From: Vicinamibacteria bacterium
GTDB lineage: Bacteria; Acidobacteriota; Vicinamibacteria; Marinacidobacterales; Marinacidobacteraceae
DNA length: 64,000 nucleotides
Assembly: GCA_963422395.1 (NCBI GenBank)
Contig: OY729431.1
Span: 1-64,000, forward strand
Direction: 5' to 3'
This document shows positions 39,855 to 49,357 of the stretch, in pieces. The position numbers and the translations under genes are program-made. Under the pieces are notes generated by a model that saw only the letters and a program-made list of their open reading frames with translations, did not search any database and was not told where the DNA came from. Position 1 is the first letter of the stretch. Each line of letters begins with the position of its first letter.

Positions 39855-42170
39855 ATGGCGATCAACACTCGGACCATCGGCGAACGGGTGCGGAGGCGCG
39901 AAGACCCTCGCCTCGTCACCGGGAAGGCGCACTACACCGCCGACATCCCTCTCCGGAACGCGCTCCATCTCGGAGTGGTCCGGAGCCCCTATCCGCACGC
40001 CGAGATCCTCGCTGTCGAGACCGCCGAAGCCTGTCGGGCGCCGGGAGTCGCCGCCATCTTCACCGCCGCAGATGTCCTCCCCACACTGAAGCGGCCCTTC
40101 CCGGTGGCGAAGGCCCCGGACGCCGGCGCGTTCCTCGATCTCCACATCCCGGCCCGCTGGCCGCTCGCCGAAAAACGCGTGCTCGCAGTGGGTGATCCGG
40201 TGGCGGCCGTCGTCGCCGAGACTCCGGCGCAGGCCGCCGACGCAGCGGCGCTGGTCACCGTGGACTACCGCGATCTTCCGGGGGCGGGCGATGGGCGCAC
40301 CGCCCGCGCCGCGGGTGCGGCGCTCCTCCATCCGAAGGCCCCGGAGAACCGGGCCTTCGTGTGGGAACTCCATCCCGAGGAGGCCCCGGAGCGCGACGAA
40401 GGTCCGGTGCAGATCGAGCTCGACTTTCGTATCCAGCGGCTGATCCCCAGCGCCATGGAGCCGCGCGCGGTTTCCGCCCGGGTGGACGGCGACCGGATCA
40501 CCGTATGGACTTCCACCCAGTCCGCCCACCGGGTTCGTCAGAGTGTGGCGCGCATCCTGGGAGTCTCGGAGGAGCGCATCCGGGTCGTCGCGCCGGAAGT
40601 CGGCGGCGGTTTCGGCGCGAAGGCCAACCTCTACCCCGAAGAGATCCTCGTCCCCTGGCTGGCCCTCCAGCTGGGCCGACCCGTGCGATGGGCCGCCACC
40701 CGCACCGAGGATTTCCAAACGACCACCCACGGACGAAACCTGTTCGTCCACCTCGGTCTCTCCGCGGAGAAGGGAGGCAAGGTGCGGCAGGCCGATCTCG
40801 AAGTCCTCTACGACTGCGGCGCCTATTACAGCCGGCCCGGCCCTACGACCCCCTCGCTCACCGGATCGATGATCGTCGGTCCCTACACCATCCCGTCGGC
40901 CCGGGCCCGGGCGGAAGGTGCGTTCACGAACACCGCCCCGAACGAGCCCTACCGAGGCTCGGGGCGCCCGGAAGCGACCTATCTGATCGAGAGGGCGATG
41001 GATGTGCTCGCCGGCCGGCTCGGTCTCGATCCGGCGGAGATCCGCCGCCGAAACCTGATCCCGCGGGAGAAGTTCCCCTATCGGACGGCGACCGGGCTGA
41101 CCTACGACAGCGGGGATTACGAACGGGCACTCGATCTGGCCATCGAAAAGGGCGACTACGCCGGGCTGCGCGCCGAGCAGGCGCGGCGGCGGAGTGGAGA
41201 AGGCGGCAAACCGTTCGGCGTCGGTCTCGCCTGTTATGTGGAGATCTGCGGTTTCGGCCCCTGGGAGGCCGGCGGGGTCACCGTGGAGGCCGACGCCTCG
41301 GTTACGGTCCGAAGCGGCACTTCACCCCACGGGCAGGGGCATGAAACGGCGTGGGCGCAGATCGCCGCCGAGCAGCTCGGCGTGCCGCTCGACTCGGTGC
41401 GCGTTCTGCACGGAGACACCGACGAGTGTCCCCGGGGGATCGGCACCTTCGGCAGCCGCAGCGCACCGGTCGGCGGGTCGGCAGTCTTCGAAAACGCCGG
41501 CACGGTCCGTGAGCAGGCGAAGGAGCTCGCCGCCCGGCTGCTCGAGGCCGCCCCGGAGGACATCCGCTTCGACGCCGGGCGTTTTTTCGTCGCCGGGTCG
41601 ACCGGAAGGGCGGTCGGGTGGAACGAGATCGCCGCCTTCGCCTACCGCCCGGACACTCCCGAAGGCGCCGCCGCCGCGCTCTCCGCCGATATCGACTTCA
41701 GACCGCCGGGCGAGACCTTCCCCTTCGGAACCCACTTGTGTGCGGTCGAGATCGAACCCGACACCGGCGAGATCACGATCATCCGCTATCTCTCGGTGGA
41801 CGATTGCGGCCGGGTCATCAACCCCCTCCTCGCCGAAGGGCAGGTCCACGGCGGGCTCGCTCAGGGGATCGCCCAGGCCCTCTACGAAGAGGCCCGCTAC
41901 GACGAGGGCGGCAATCTGCTGACGGGCTCCCTCCTCGAATACGCCGTTCCCCGCGCCGACATGCTCCCCCACTGGGAGCTCCACCGCACCGTGACCCCGA
42001 CTTCGGTGAACCCGCTCGGGGTCAAGGGAATCGGCGAAGCCGCCACCATCGGTTCCACTCCGGCGGTCGCGAACGCGGTCCTGGACGCGCTGCGTCCTTT
42101 CGGGGTGGAACACCTCGACACGCCGCTCACTCCGGAGAAGGTGTGGCGCGCGATGCAGGGCTCCGGATAG
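39855..42170 (+). CDS. Xanthine dehydrogenase-family molybdopterin-binding subunit (CoxL/CutL-like)
   Basis: RREDPRLVTG, VGGGFG.K, PYRGSGR, GQGHET, GTFGSRS, GQVHGG and KGIGE. Confidence 0.9.
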   Translation: MAINTRTIGERVRRREDPRLVTGKAHYTADIPLRNALHLGVVRSPYPHAEILAVETAEACRAPGVAAIFTAADVLPTLKRPFPVAKAPDAGAFLDLHIPARWPLAEKRVLAVGDPVAAVVAETPAQAADAAALVTVDYRDLPGAGDGRTARAAGAALLHPKAPENRAFVWELHPEEAPERDEGPVQIELDFRIQRLIPSAMEPRAVSARVDGDRITVWTSTQSAHRVRQSVARILGVSEERIRVVAPEVGGGFGAKANLYPEEILVPWLALQLGRPVRWAATRTEDFQTTTHGRNLFVHLGLSAEKGGKVRQADLEVLYDCGAYYSRPGPTTPSLTGSMIVGPYTIPSARARAEGAFTNTAPNEPYRGSGRPEATYLIERAMDVLAGRLGLDPAEIRRRNLIPREKFPYRTATGLTYDSGDYERALDLAIEKGDYAGLRAEQARRRSGEGGKPFGVGLACYVEICGFGPWEAGGVTVEADASVTVRSGTSPHGQGHETAWAQIAAEQLGVPLDSVRVLHGDTDECPRGIGTFGSRSAPVGGSAVFENAGTVREQAKELAARLLEAAPEDIRFDAGRFFVAGSTGRAVGWNEIAAFAYRPDTPEGAAAALSADIDFRPPGETFPFGTHLCAVEIEPDTGEITIIRYLSVDDCGRVINPLLAEGQVHGGLAQGIAQALYEEARYDEGGNLLTGSLLEYAVPRADMLPHWELHRTVTPTSVNPLGVKGIGEAATIGSTPAVANAVLDALRPFGVEHLDTPLTPEKVWRAMQGSG

Positions 42171-42189
42171 CCCCGGAAAGGAGGAATCG

Positions 42190-42689
42190 GCACCCGGACG
42201 GATATCGGCGAGCTGGAGACGGCGGGGATGGACCCCGTTCTCCGGCTCTTCCAGAGTCACGAGCGATCCCGACCAGGGATTCACCGCGACCGCGCAGAGT
42301 GCGAGAACGCGCAGGGTTCCCTTCGGCAGGACGCGGGCGGAGCACTCAACCCCTGCTTGGCGCACGGACAGATTCAGCGTGCCGCGGTCCTGGTTCACAT
42401 CGACGCCTATGCGTTCGATGCTCGGAACGATGGTGCGGAGGCGGCGGGAAATCGCTTGGAAACTTTCGGGTTGCGTCGAGCATAAGGTAGTAGCGGAACG
42501 GCGCGATGTAATCACCGTGGGTTCGACATCCGGCACTGCGGCAGGCGCCTGTTCCTGACGCATCGACACCCTCGGTGCGAAGGAATAGACGCGCCAGTCG
42601 GCCAGTTCGCCGCGAAGCGCCAGGCGAGGCAATTCCACGGTGATCTCGCGGAGCGACTTGGAGTTGCGGGCGGTCAGGTGGCGCCGCAT
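42190..42689 (-). pseudogene. Degenerate C-terminal part of an AAA_21-type ATPase
   Basis: WRVYSFAP...MR, degenerate signature LPKGTLRVLAL and Walker B LEEPENGVHP. No Walker A is present. Confidence 0.7.
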
Positions 42690-42690
42690 T

Positions 42691-42731
42691 CCATCACTCC
42701 GGACCCATCACTCCGGACCCATCATCCCGGG
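42691..42731 (+). repeat. 14-bp tandem repeat CCATCACTCCGGAC (~3 copies)
   Basis: Directly visible at the MT-A70/AAA-remnant junction. Confidence 0.75.
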
Positions 42732-43293
42732 GGATACCGGGGGCGCATCCGTTCGCCTCCAGGCCCCAGACGCGCCACCCGCGGGTATTCGTTCTCGCAA
42801 AGAGTTCGATCTTCTTCAGGTCCGGGAACATGCGTTCGATCCGCAGCCGCACTTCCTCCGGCTTTCGGGAGTGCGCCTCGCGCACCGCCCGCACCAGCTG
42901 ACGCTCCTTCCGGCTCCCGCGCGGAGTCGGGATCCGGCCCCGCCGGAACACCAAGCACAGCTCGCACTGGCTCATCGTGTAATGGCCAGGGTTGACCCGG
43001 GCCTTGTCCCAGACGAAGGCGACCGTCGCCCAGGAGAATCCCCAGGCTCTCCCGAGGTCGATGGCCTGATCGAGATGCGGGTTCGTGGCCCACAGGAAGA
43101 GCAGGGAATCGGCGGCAGCGATGTCCCGGATCCGCAACTTCGCCAGATCGGATGAAGCGACGGTGGGGTAATGACGAACCGCACCCCCGGTGTCGCCGCT
43201 TCCCGCGCCGGCGTGCTGCAGCTGGCCCTGGTAATCCCAGGGCGGATCCGCATAGATGATCTCGAAGCACTCGTCGGGGAGCGGCGGAAACAC
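42694..43293 (-). CDS. MT-A70 family methyltransferase (possibly N-truncated)
   Basis: IIYADPPW, LFLWAT, FVWDK, HSRKP and IELFAR. Confidence 0.88.
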   Translation of the reverse strand: MFPPLPDECFEIIYADPPWDYQGQLQHAGAGSGDTGGAVRHYPTVASSDLAKLRIRDIAAADSLLFLWATNPHLDQAIDLGRAWGFSWATVAFVWDKARVNPGHYTMSQCELCLVFRRGRIPTPRGSRKERQLVRAVREAHSRKPEEVRLRIERMFPDLKKIELFARTNTRGWRVWGLEANGCAPGIPRDDGSGVMGPE

Positions 43294-43309
43294 CGTTCCG
43301 AAGTCCCTG

Positions 43310-44473
43310 TCAGAGTGCTTGGGAGAAATCGGCGATCAGGTCTTCCGCCGACTCGATTCCGGTGGAGAAGCGCAGCAGCCCTTCCGAGATGCCCATGACC
43401 GCGCGCGCCTCGGGGGAGAGGCCGCTGTGGACGGCTGCAGCCGGTCGGACGATCAGCGATTCCACCCCGCCGAGGCTCGCCGCCACCGCGGGCAGGCCGA
43501 GACGGGAGGCCAGGCGTTCGGCGGCACCTGCCCCGCCGGCCATTTCGAAGGCCAGCATCCCGCCGAAACCGCCCGCGAGGAGCCTTTCGGCGCGCTCGTG
43601 CTGTGGATGCGCTTCGAGCCCCGGGTAGTGGACCGCCCGGATCTCGGGCCTGACCGCCAGGAAACGCGCCACATCGAGCGCGGTCGCCGATTGCCGCCGG
43701 ACGCGCAGACCGATGGTCTTGAGTCCGCGCTCCAGCAGCACGCAGGCGTGGGGATCGAGCGAGCCGCCGAGATGATCGAGGGTCAGCTTGATCCGGCGCA
43801 CCCGTTCGGCGGAGCCCGCGATCGAGCCGGCCACCAGGTCGTTGTGACCGTTCAGGTACTTGGTGGCGCTCTCCATCACCAGATCGAAGCCGAGCTCCGC
43901 CGGACGAAAGAGCACCGGACTCGCGAAGGTGTTGTCGATCACGGTGATCAGCCGGTGGCCGCGGGCGAAATCCACCACGGCTTCGAGGTCCGCCATCTGA
44001 ACCAGCGGATTCGTCAGCGTCTCGACATAGAAAAGTTTCGTCGCGGGAGTCAGCGCCGCTTCCCAAGAGGCCGGATCCTGGGGATCGATGCGGGTGTGGC
44101 TGATCCCGAACCGGGGCAGATCGTGCTGCAGCAGGTTGGCGGTTCCGCCGTACACCACATCCTGCACCAACAGGTGGTCCCCGGCACTCAGGAAGGTGAA
44201 GAGCGCTGCCGAGATCGCCGCCATCCCGCTGCCGGTGACCAGCGCATCCTCCGCGCCCTCGAGCGAAGCGATCCGCCGGTGCAGGACCGCGTGGTTCGGG
44301 CTGTTCGAGAGGCGCAGATACCCGACATCGTGATACGACTCGCCGTGGTACTCGAAGTTCGCAGTCTGGAAGACCGGCGTAGAAACCGCCCCGAGCGGAC
44401 GGGGCTCGAGAGCACCCTCGTGGACGGCGCGGGTATCGAGCGCCGGGGAACGATCTTCCGGGGACGGGGACAA
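43310..44473 (-). CDS. PLP-dependent trans-sulfuration enzyme (cystathionine gamma-synthase / methionine gamma-lyase family)
   Basis: TTG start with AAGGAGG RBS, SGMAAI, YGGT, DNTFASP, SATKYLNGH and SLGGVES. Confidence 0.88.
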   Translation of the reverse strand: MSPSPEDRSPALDTRAVHEGALEPRPLGAVSTPVFQTANFEYHGESYHDVGYLRLSNSPNHAVLHRRIASLEGAEDALVTGSGMAAISAALFTFLSAGDHLLVQDVVYGGTANLLQHDLPRFGISHTRIDPQDPASWEAALTPATKLFYVETLTNPLVQMADLEAVVDFARGHRLITVIDNTFASPVLFRPAELGFDLVMESATKYLNGHNDLVAGSIAGSAERVRRIKLTLDHLGGSLDPHACVLLERGLKTIGLRVRRQSATALDVARFLAVRPEIRAVHYPGLEAHPQHERAERLLAGGFGGMLAFEMAGGAGAAERLASRLGLPAVAASLGGVESLIVRPAAAVHSGLSPEARAVMGISEGLLRFSTGIESAEDLIADFSQAL

Positions 44474-44484
44474 GGGAGCCTCCT

Positions 44485-44880
44485 TCAGGGAGTCCTGGAG
44501 GGAGCCCTGGACGCCGGGGCTTCGTAGGCCGCCGCCATCGCGGGGTTTTCGACCATCTCCACCCGCAAGACGCCGCGGAAGCCGCGGGGGAGCCGCGCCG
44601 TCAGCTCGCCGTGGACGAAGCGGCAGAGGAACTCGGTCGTGGTGTTCTGGCCCGGAAACACTTCGTCGAGGTCGGCGTAGCGAAGCGGGTCGAGGGACTC
44701 GCCGAGCGCCTGTTTCGCCCAAGCGAGATCGAGCAGCACATTGTGTTCGTCCAGCGCCGGGCCTCGGAACTCGGCAGTCACCGCGTAGGTCGCGCCGTGC
44801 CGATTCTGCGCCGGACCGAAGACCTCGCCCCGAAGTGCGTGGGAGCACATCACATGGTCCCGGACGGAGATGCTGAACAG
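44485..44880 (-). CDS. 6-pyruvoyl/6-carboxy-tetrahydropterin synthase-family protein (start uncertain, CTG)
   Basis: FSISVRDH.M.SH.L.GEVFGPAQ..HGATY and NTTTEFL. Confidence 0.8.
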   Translation of the reverse strand: MFSISVRDHVMCSHALRGEVFGPAQNRHGATYAVTAEFRGPALDEHNVLLDLAWAKQALGESLDPLRYADLDEVFPGQNTTTEFLCRFVHGELTARLPRGFRGVLRVEMVENPAMAAAYEAPASRAPSRTP

Positions 44881-45046
44881 GAGATCTGGCCCGCGGCGGG
44901 GCGGGGCCGATGCTAGCAGCCTCTCCCGCTGCTCGCCGAAGGCCGAGGGCCGCGAAAGGCTGCTGCCAGACGTCCGCTCCAGGCACCCGAGAGAAGAACC
45001 GGCGGATTCGTACACTGCCGCCCGAGGAACTCTCCCGAGGAACCCC

Positions 45047-45931
45047 ATGACCGAACCATTCACCGATCCCCCCTTCGACCCGACCGCCGCAGCCGACGAA
45101 ATCGCCGCCGCGCGCGCCGGACGCCGGCAGCTCGCGCCCTTCAGCGGGCGCATCCCCGAGTTCGGCCTCGACGAGGCGTACCGGGTCGCCGGCATCCTCG
45201 CCTGCCGGCGGGCCGCCCGTTCGCCGGTGGTGGGCCGCAAGATCGGCTTCACGAATCCGGCGCTTTGGGAAAAGGCAGGACTCACCCGGCCGGTATGGGG
45301 TTCGATGTTCGCGGAGTCGGTGCACCACACCGGACCGGGAGGTGCACCGCCGGAGATTCCGATGGAAGGCGCCGTGGAGCCGAAGATCGAATGCGAGGTG
45401 GTGGTCGTGCTCGGATCCGCGCCGAAGCCGGGCGATCGGGGTGCGGCGGCGGCGCGCCATGCGGCGAAGATCGGACTCGGCTTCGAGGTGGTGGACTCGC
45501 CCTATCCCGGGTGGAACATGCGCCCGGCCGATGCGGTCGCTGCCGGCGGCATCCATCACGGACTCGCGGTAGGGCCGCTGATCGCGGTCACCGACCCGGC
45601 GGCGGCCGCCGCCGCGATGGCGGCCCTGACCGTGTCCATGATCCGTTCCCCGACCTATTCCCCGACCCGCGGGAAGAGACAGGAACCGGTCGCGGAGGGG
45701 GCCGGCCGGATGGTGCTCGGCAATCCTTTCGACGCGGTGGGGGTGCTCGCCGAAATGACGGCTGCCCAGGGAATTCCGCTCCGGCCCGGCGAGATCCTCA
45801 CGACGGGAACCCTCACTCCGCCGCTGGCGGCCGCCGCCGGCGAGCGGTACCGGGCCGAAGCGGCCGGCGATGTTCTCCCCCCCGTGGAAGTCGAGCTGGT
45901 TCGGGCGTCTGCCGCGGCAGCAAAGCGATGA
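45047..45931 (+). CDS. 2-keto-4-pentenoate hydratase / FAH-family protein
   Basis: GRKIGFTN, P.IECE, FEVVDS, VLGNP and GEILTTGT. Confidence 0.85.
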   Translation: MTEPFTDPPFDPTAAADEIAAARAGRRQLAPFSGRIPEFGLDEAYRVAGILACRRAARSPVVGRKIGFTNPALWEKAGLTRPVWGSMFAESVHHTGPGGAPPEIPMEGAVEPKIECEVVVVLGSAPKPGDRGAAAARHAAKIGLGFEVVDSPYPGWNMRPADAVAAGGIHHGLAVGPLIAVTDPAAAAAAMAALTVSMIRSPTYSPTRGKRQEPVAEGAGRMVLGNPFDAVGVLAEMTAAQGIPLRPGEILTTGTLTPPLAAAAGERYRAEAAGDVLPPVEVELVRASAAAAKR

Positions 45932-46135
45932 CTCCTCATCGAGGATCATCGGGACCCGGGGCGTCCCGACACCGCCGGCCTCCCGGCGTTCCGTCATCCG
46001 CCTCGGGTTTCGGCGGCGGTCTCGGCGGAGAGGCCGGGCGTTCGGATCTGCCGGCGAATCCGGGAGGCCGTGCTAGCATCGCTTGCCGCCTTCTGGAAAT
46101 CGGGTTCCTCTCCACGATCCGCCGAGATTGCGGGG

Positions 46136-47314
46136 ATGCCAGATGACCGCGATCGCCGAGTGAACCCCGTGCCGAACGTACCTGGAAACTCCGCTCTTCG
46201 GCTGCCGAGTCTCTCGATAACCGCGTTCCGCGGCATTCGCGAACTCTCGATCCCGCGGTTGGGCCGCGTGACCCTGCTCGCCGGACGCAACGGATCCGGC
46301 AAGACCAGTGTTCTCGAAGCGGTACGCATCTTTGCCTCTCGCGGCAGCCACGGGGTATTGAGGGAGATTCTGGACGATCGTGACGAACTGATCGAAGCCG
46401 TGGACGAAGACGGCGACCAAATCTCGACGATCGACTGGCCCTCGCTCTTCCACGGCCGGCAGCTCGCGGACGGAGAGACCATCTCCATCGGGCCCGAAAA
46501 CGCCAGCGAACAGCTCACCATCCGATACGGACGCCTCTCCGAGGGAGAGACCGATCGACTGCGGCGGGCAACGCGCCGGTATTCGCTCTCCGAAGTTACC
46601 GGGATACTCCGGGTACGGTACGGGGAAATGGAGCGAAAGCTGCCGCTGTTGCCCGTTCCCCCGTATTTCGACCCGCGTGGGCTGCGCGGATTGCGCGGAC
46701 TGCGCGGACTACTGATGGACGATGACTCGGATCAGCTCTCGGCGATTCCGTGCGGTTCTGTCGGTCCGGGTTTGCCCGGCAAGCAGAGCGTTGCCCGAGG
46801 CTGGGACGAGATCGCTCTCACGGACGACGAGGCGCGCGCGGTCGAGGCACTGAATTCCGTCTCCGTCAGGCCCATCGAACGCGTGACCGTCGTCGGCAGG
46901 GAAGGCCGTCGGGGTGCACCCCGCGTGGTCGTCCGACTCAAGGGAGACAACCGCCCGGTTCCGCTGAAGAGTCTGGGGGACGGGGTTACCCGAATGCTCG
47001 GTGTGGCGCTCGGTCTCGCCAACAGCAGAGGAGGGTTCCTGCTGATCGACGAGGCGGAAAACGGTATCCACCACTCCGTCCAGCGCGATTACTGGAAGAT
47101 GATCATGACGACGGCGCGGGACAACGATGTGCAGGTGATCGCCACCACCCACGGCTGGGACTGCGTGGTCGGATTCGCACGCGCCGCGAAAGAGCTGGAC
47201 GATGTGGAAGGGGCCCTGTTCCGTCTGGAACAGCGCCGCGAAAGGGTCCGGGCGGTGCGCTACTCGGAAGAAGACCTGGAGACCGCAGCCGACCAGGGTG
47301 TCGAGGTCCGATAG
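46136..47314 (+). CDS. AAA_15/AAA_21 ATPase
   Basis: FRGI, Walker A GRNGSGKT, SLGDG, Walker B LLIDEAENGIH and ATTH. Confidence 0.88.
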   Translation: MPDDRDRRVNPVPNVPGNSALRLPSLSITAFRGIRELSIPRLGRVTLLAGRNGSGKTSVLEAVRIFASRGSHGVLREILDDRDELIEAVDEDGDQISTIDWPSLFHGRQLADGETISIGPENASEQLTIRYGRLSEGETDRLRRATRRYSLSEVTGILRVRYGEMERKLPLLPVPPYFDPRGLRGLRGLRGLLMDDDSDQLSAIPCGSVGPGLPGKQSVARGWDEIALTDDEARAVEALNSVSVRPIERVTVVGREGRRGAPRVVVRLKGDNRPVPLKSLGDGVTRMLGVALGLANSRGGFLLIDEAENGIHHSVQRDYWKMIMTTARDNDVQVIATTHGWDCVVGFARAAKELDDVEGALFRLEQRRERVRAVRYSEEDLETAADQGVEVR

Positions 47315-47320
47315 TAATTC

Positions 47321-47965
47321 GTGGCCAGACCGGGTTCCGGATGCTCGGACTCGATCCTGATCGTCGAGGGACCAGACGACAAGCATGTGATCGGACACAC
47401 ACAGAAAAAATCGATGCTATGCCTCTCGTTCGAGATCGTGGACAAAGGCGGCGTCGAAGAAGTGTTGAAGTCCGTTACCGCGGAAATCCAGGTTCCCGGG
47501 AGGAAAGCGGTCGGATTCGTCGTGGATGCGAATGGTTGCTGGCGTTCGCAGTGGAAAAGGGTATGCGAACGGCTGGGGCGGGCGGGCATGGAGCCCCCGA
47601 AGGATCCCAACGGGGAAGGCACGATCATCGAGGGGCAGCCTCGTGTCGGAGTCTGGATGATGCCGGACAATCGATCCGCGGGAGAATTGGAAGACTTCGT
47701 GCGGCAGATGGTGCCTGCAGCGGATGCCGCATGGCCCCTCGCAAAGGAATTCATCAGGAGGATTCCCAGGGAGCATCGCGAATTCACCGAGGGGAAGACT
47801 AGAAGGGCAGAGCTCTACGCATGGCTCGCAACGAAGGAAGAACCGAGGCTTATGGGGTCGGCGATCAGAACCGGTGATCTGAGAACCGATACGGAGCTGT
47901 GCCGGAGATTCGCTGGCTGGATCTCGAGACTCTTCGGGACAGGGCTGCCGGGGATAGCGGGGTGA
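47321..47965 (+). CDS. DUF3226-like TOPRIM-type partner of the AAA ATPase
   Basis: LIVEGPDD, GFVVDA and GVWMMPDN...GELEDF. Confidence 0.78.
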   Translation: MARPGSGCSDSILIVEGPDDKHVIGHTQKKSMLCLSFEIVDKGGVEEVLKSVTAEIQVPGRKAVGFVVDANGCWRSQWKRVCERLGRAGMEPPKDPNGEGTIIEGQPRVGVWMMPDNRSAGELEDFVRQMVPAADAAWPLAKEFIRRIPREHREFTEGKTRRAELYAWLATKEEPRLMGSAIRTGDLRTDTELCRRFAGWISRLFGTGLPGIAG

Positions 47966-49312
47966 GTGAACACTGTGGAAACGAGTGAGGAACGAAGAGA
48001 CGCCGACCTCGGCAATGTCTTCATCTCCAACTACCCGCCCTACTCGCGCTGGAATTCGGAGCAGACGGCGGCGCTCCATCGGGTCCTCGCTTCTGGCGGT
48101 CCGGGCGCGGATTCGAATACCGGAGAAGCGGCGGCGCTCGGCCTCTATCTCCACATTCCGTTCTGCCGGAAGCGTTGCAAGTTCTGCTACTTCCGCGTGT
48201 ACACCGACAAGAACAGCCGAGAGGTGGGACGGTACCTGGACGGCCTCGCCCGTGAAGTGGAGCTATACGCCGCGCAGCCGGCGGTTGCGGGAAGACCGCT
48301 GCGTTTCGTCTATTTCGGCGGCGGCACTCCCTCGTTCCTCAGCCCGAAGCAGCTCCGCGGGCTGGTCGCGCGTCTCGAATCCGCGCTGCGTTGGAACCGC
48401 GTGGAGGAAGTGGCGTTCGAATGCGAGCCGGGAACGCTTACCGCAGCCAAAGTCGAAGCGATTCGGAAGATCGGAGTCACTCGGTTGAGCCTCGGCATCG
48501 AAAATCTGAACGACGAAATCTTGCGAGAAAACGGCCGCGCCCACACCACGCGCGAGATCCGCGCCGTCATGCCCTGGGTCCGGGAAGCGGCATTCCCGCA
48601 GGTGAATATGGATCTGATCGCCGGCATGGTGGGCGAGACCTGGCCGCTCTGGCGGCGCACGGTGCAGGAGACGATCGATCTCGACCCCGACAGCATCACC
48701 GTGTATCAGATGGAACTGCCTTTCAACACCGTGTACGCCAGGGATGTCCTCGACGATGGCCGCGAGGCGCCGGCTTTCGCCGATTGGGAGACGCGGCGCG
48801 AATGGCACGCCTACGCTTTCGAGCAATTCGCGGCCGCGGGCTACGAACCGTCGAGCGCGTACACGGTGAAGAAACCGGGGCGCGGGATTCGTTTCCTCTA
48901 CCGCGATGCCTTGTGGCGCGGCACGGACATGCTGGGCTGCGGCGTTTCCTCGTTCGGTTATCTGCAGGGTGTGCATTACCAAAACAGCGCCTCTTGGGAT
49001 ACCTATCTCGAAGCAGTCGAGCGCAAGAATTTTCCGATCGACCGAGCTCTCGAGACGACACTCCGGGAACGGCTGATCCGCGAAACGATCCTGCAACTCA
49101 AGCTGGGCCGCCTCGATCCCGGATACTTCCGCGAAAAATTCGGCGTCGAACTGACCGACGAGTTCGCTCCCGCCCTGAGCAAACTGCAGCGCGAGAACAT
49201 GATGACGCTCGACGGAGATGGCATTCGGCTGACTCCCGAAGGCCTGCTTCGGGTGGATTCGCTGCTGCCCGAGTTCTACGAGCCGGAGAACCGGAACATC
49301 GCGTATGTCTGA
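47966..49312 (+). CDS. HemN-like radical SAM protein
   Basis: LYLHIPFCRKRCKFC, YFGGGTPS, RLSLG, N.DLI.G and a HemN C-terminal domain. Confidence 0.88.
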   Translation: MNTVETSEERRDADLGNVFISNYPPYSRWNSEQTAALHRVLASGGPGADSNTGEAAALGLYLHIPFCRKRCKFCYFRVYTDKNSREVGRYLDGLAREVELYAAQPAVAGRPLRFVYFGGGTPSFLSPKQLRGLVARLESALRWNRVEEVAFECEPGTLTAAKVEAIRKIGVTRLSLGIENLNDEILRENGRAHTTREIRAVMPWVREAAFPQVNMDLIAGMVGETWPLWRRTVQETIDLDPDSITVYQMELPFNTVYARDVLDDGREAPAFADWETRREWHAYAFEQFAAAGYEPSSAYTVKKPGRGIRFLYRDALWRGTDMLGCGVSSFGYLQGVHYQNSASWDTYLEAVERKNFPIDRALETTLRERLIRETILQLKLGRLDPGYFREKFGVELTDEFAPALSKLQRENMMTLDGDGIRLTPEGLLRVDSLLPEFYEPENRNIAYV

Positions 49313-49357
49313 GGGCGCTCTCGGCTGAAGCAGGCCGCTGCCCCCTCCTGCGAATCC

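Noticed and set aside
11526-44473. Methionine/SAM-related genes (mmuM, pcm, hom-like, trans-sulfuration enzyme) as one regulon with a SAM riboswitch
   Set aside because: The genes are scattered in different operons, and no riboswitch consensus was recognised upstream of any of them.
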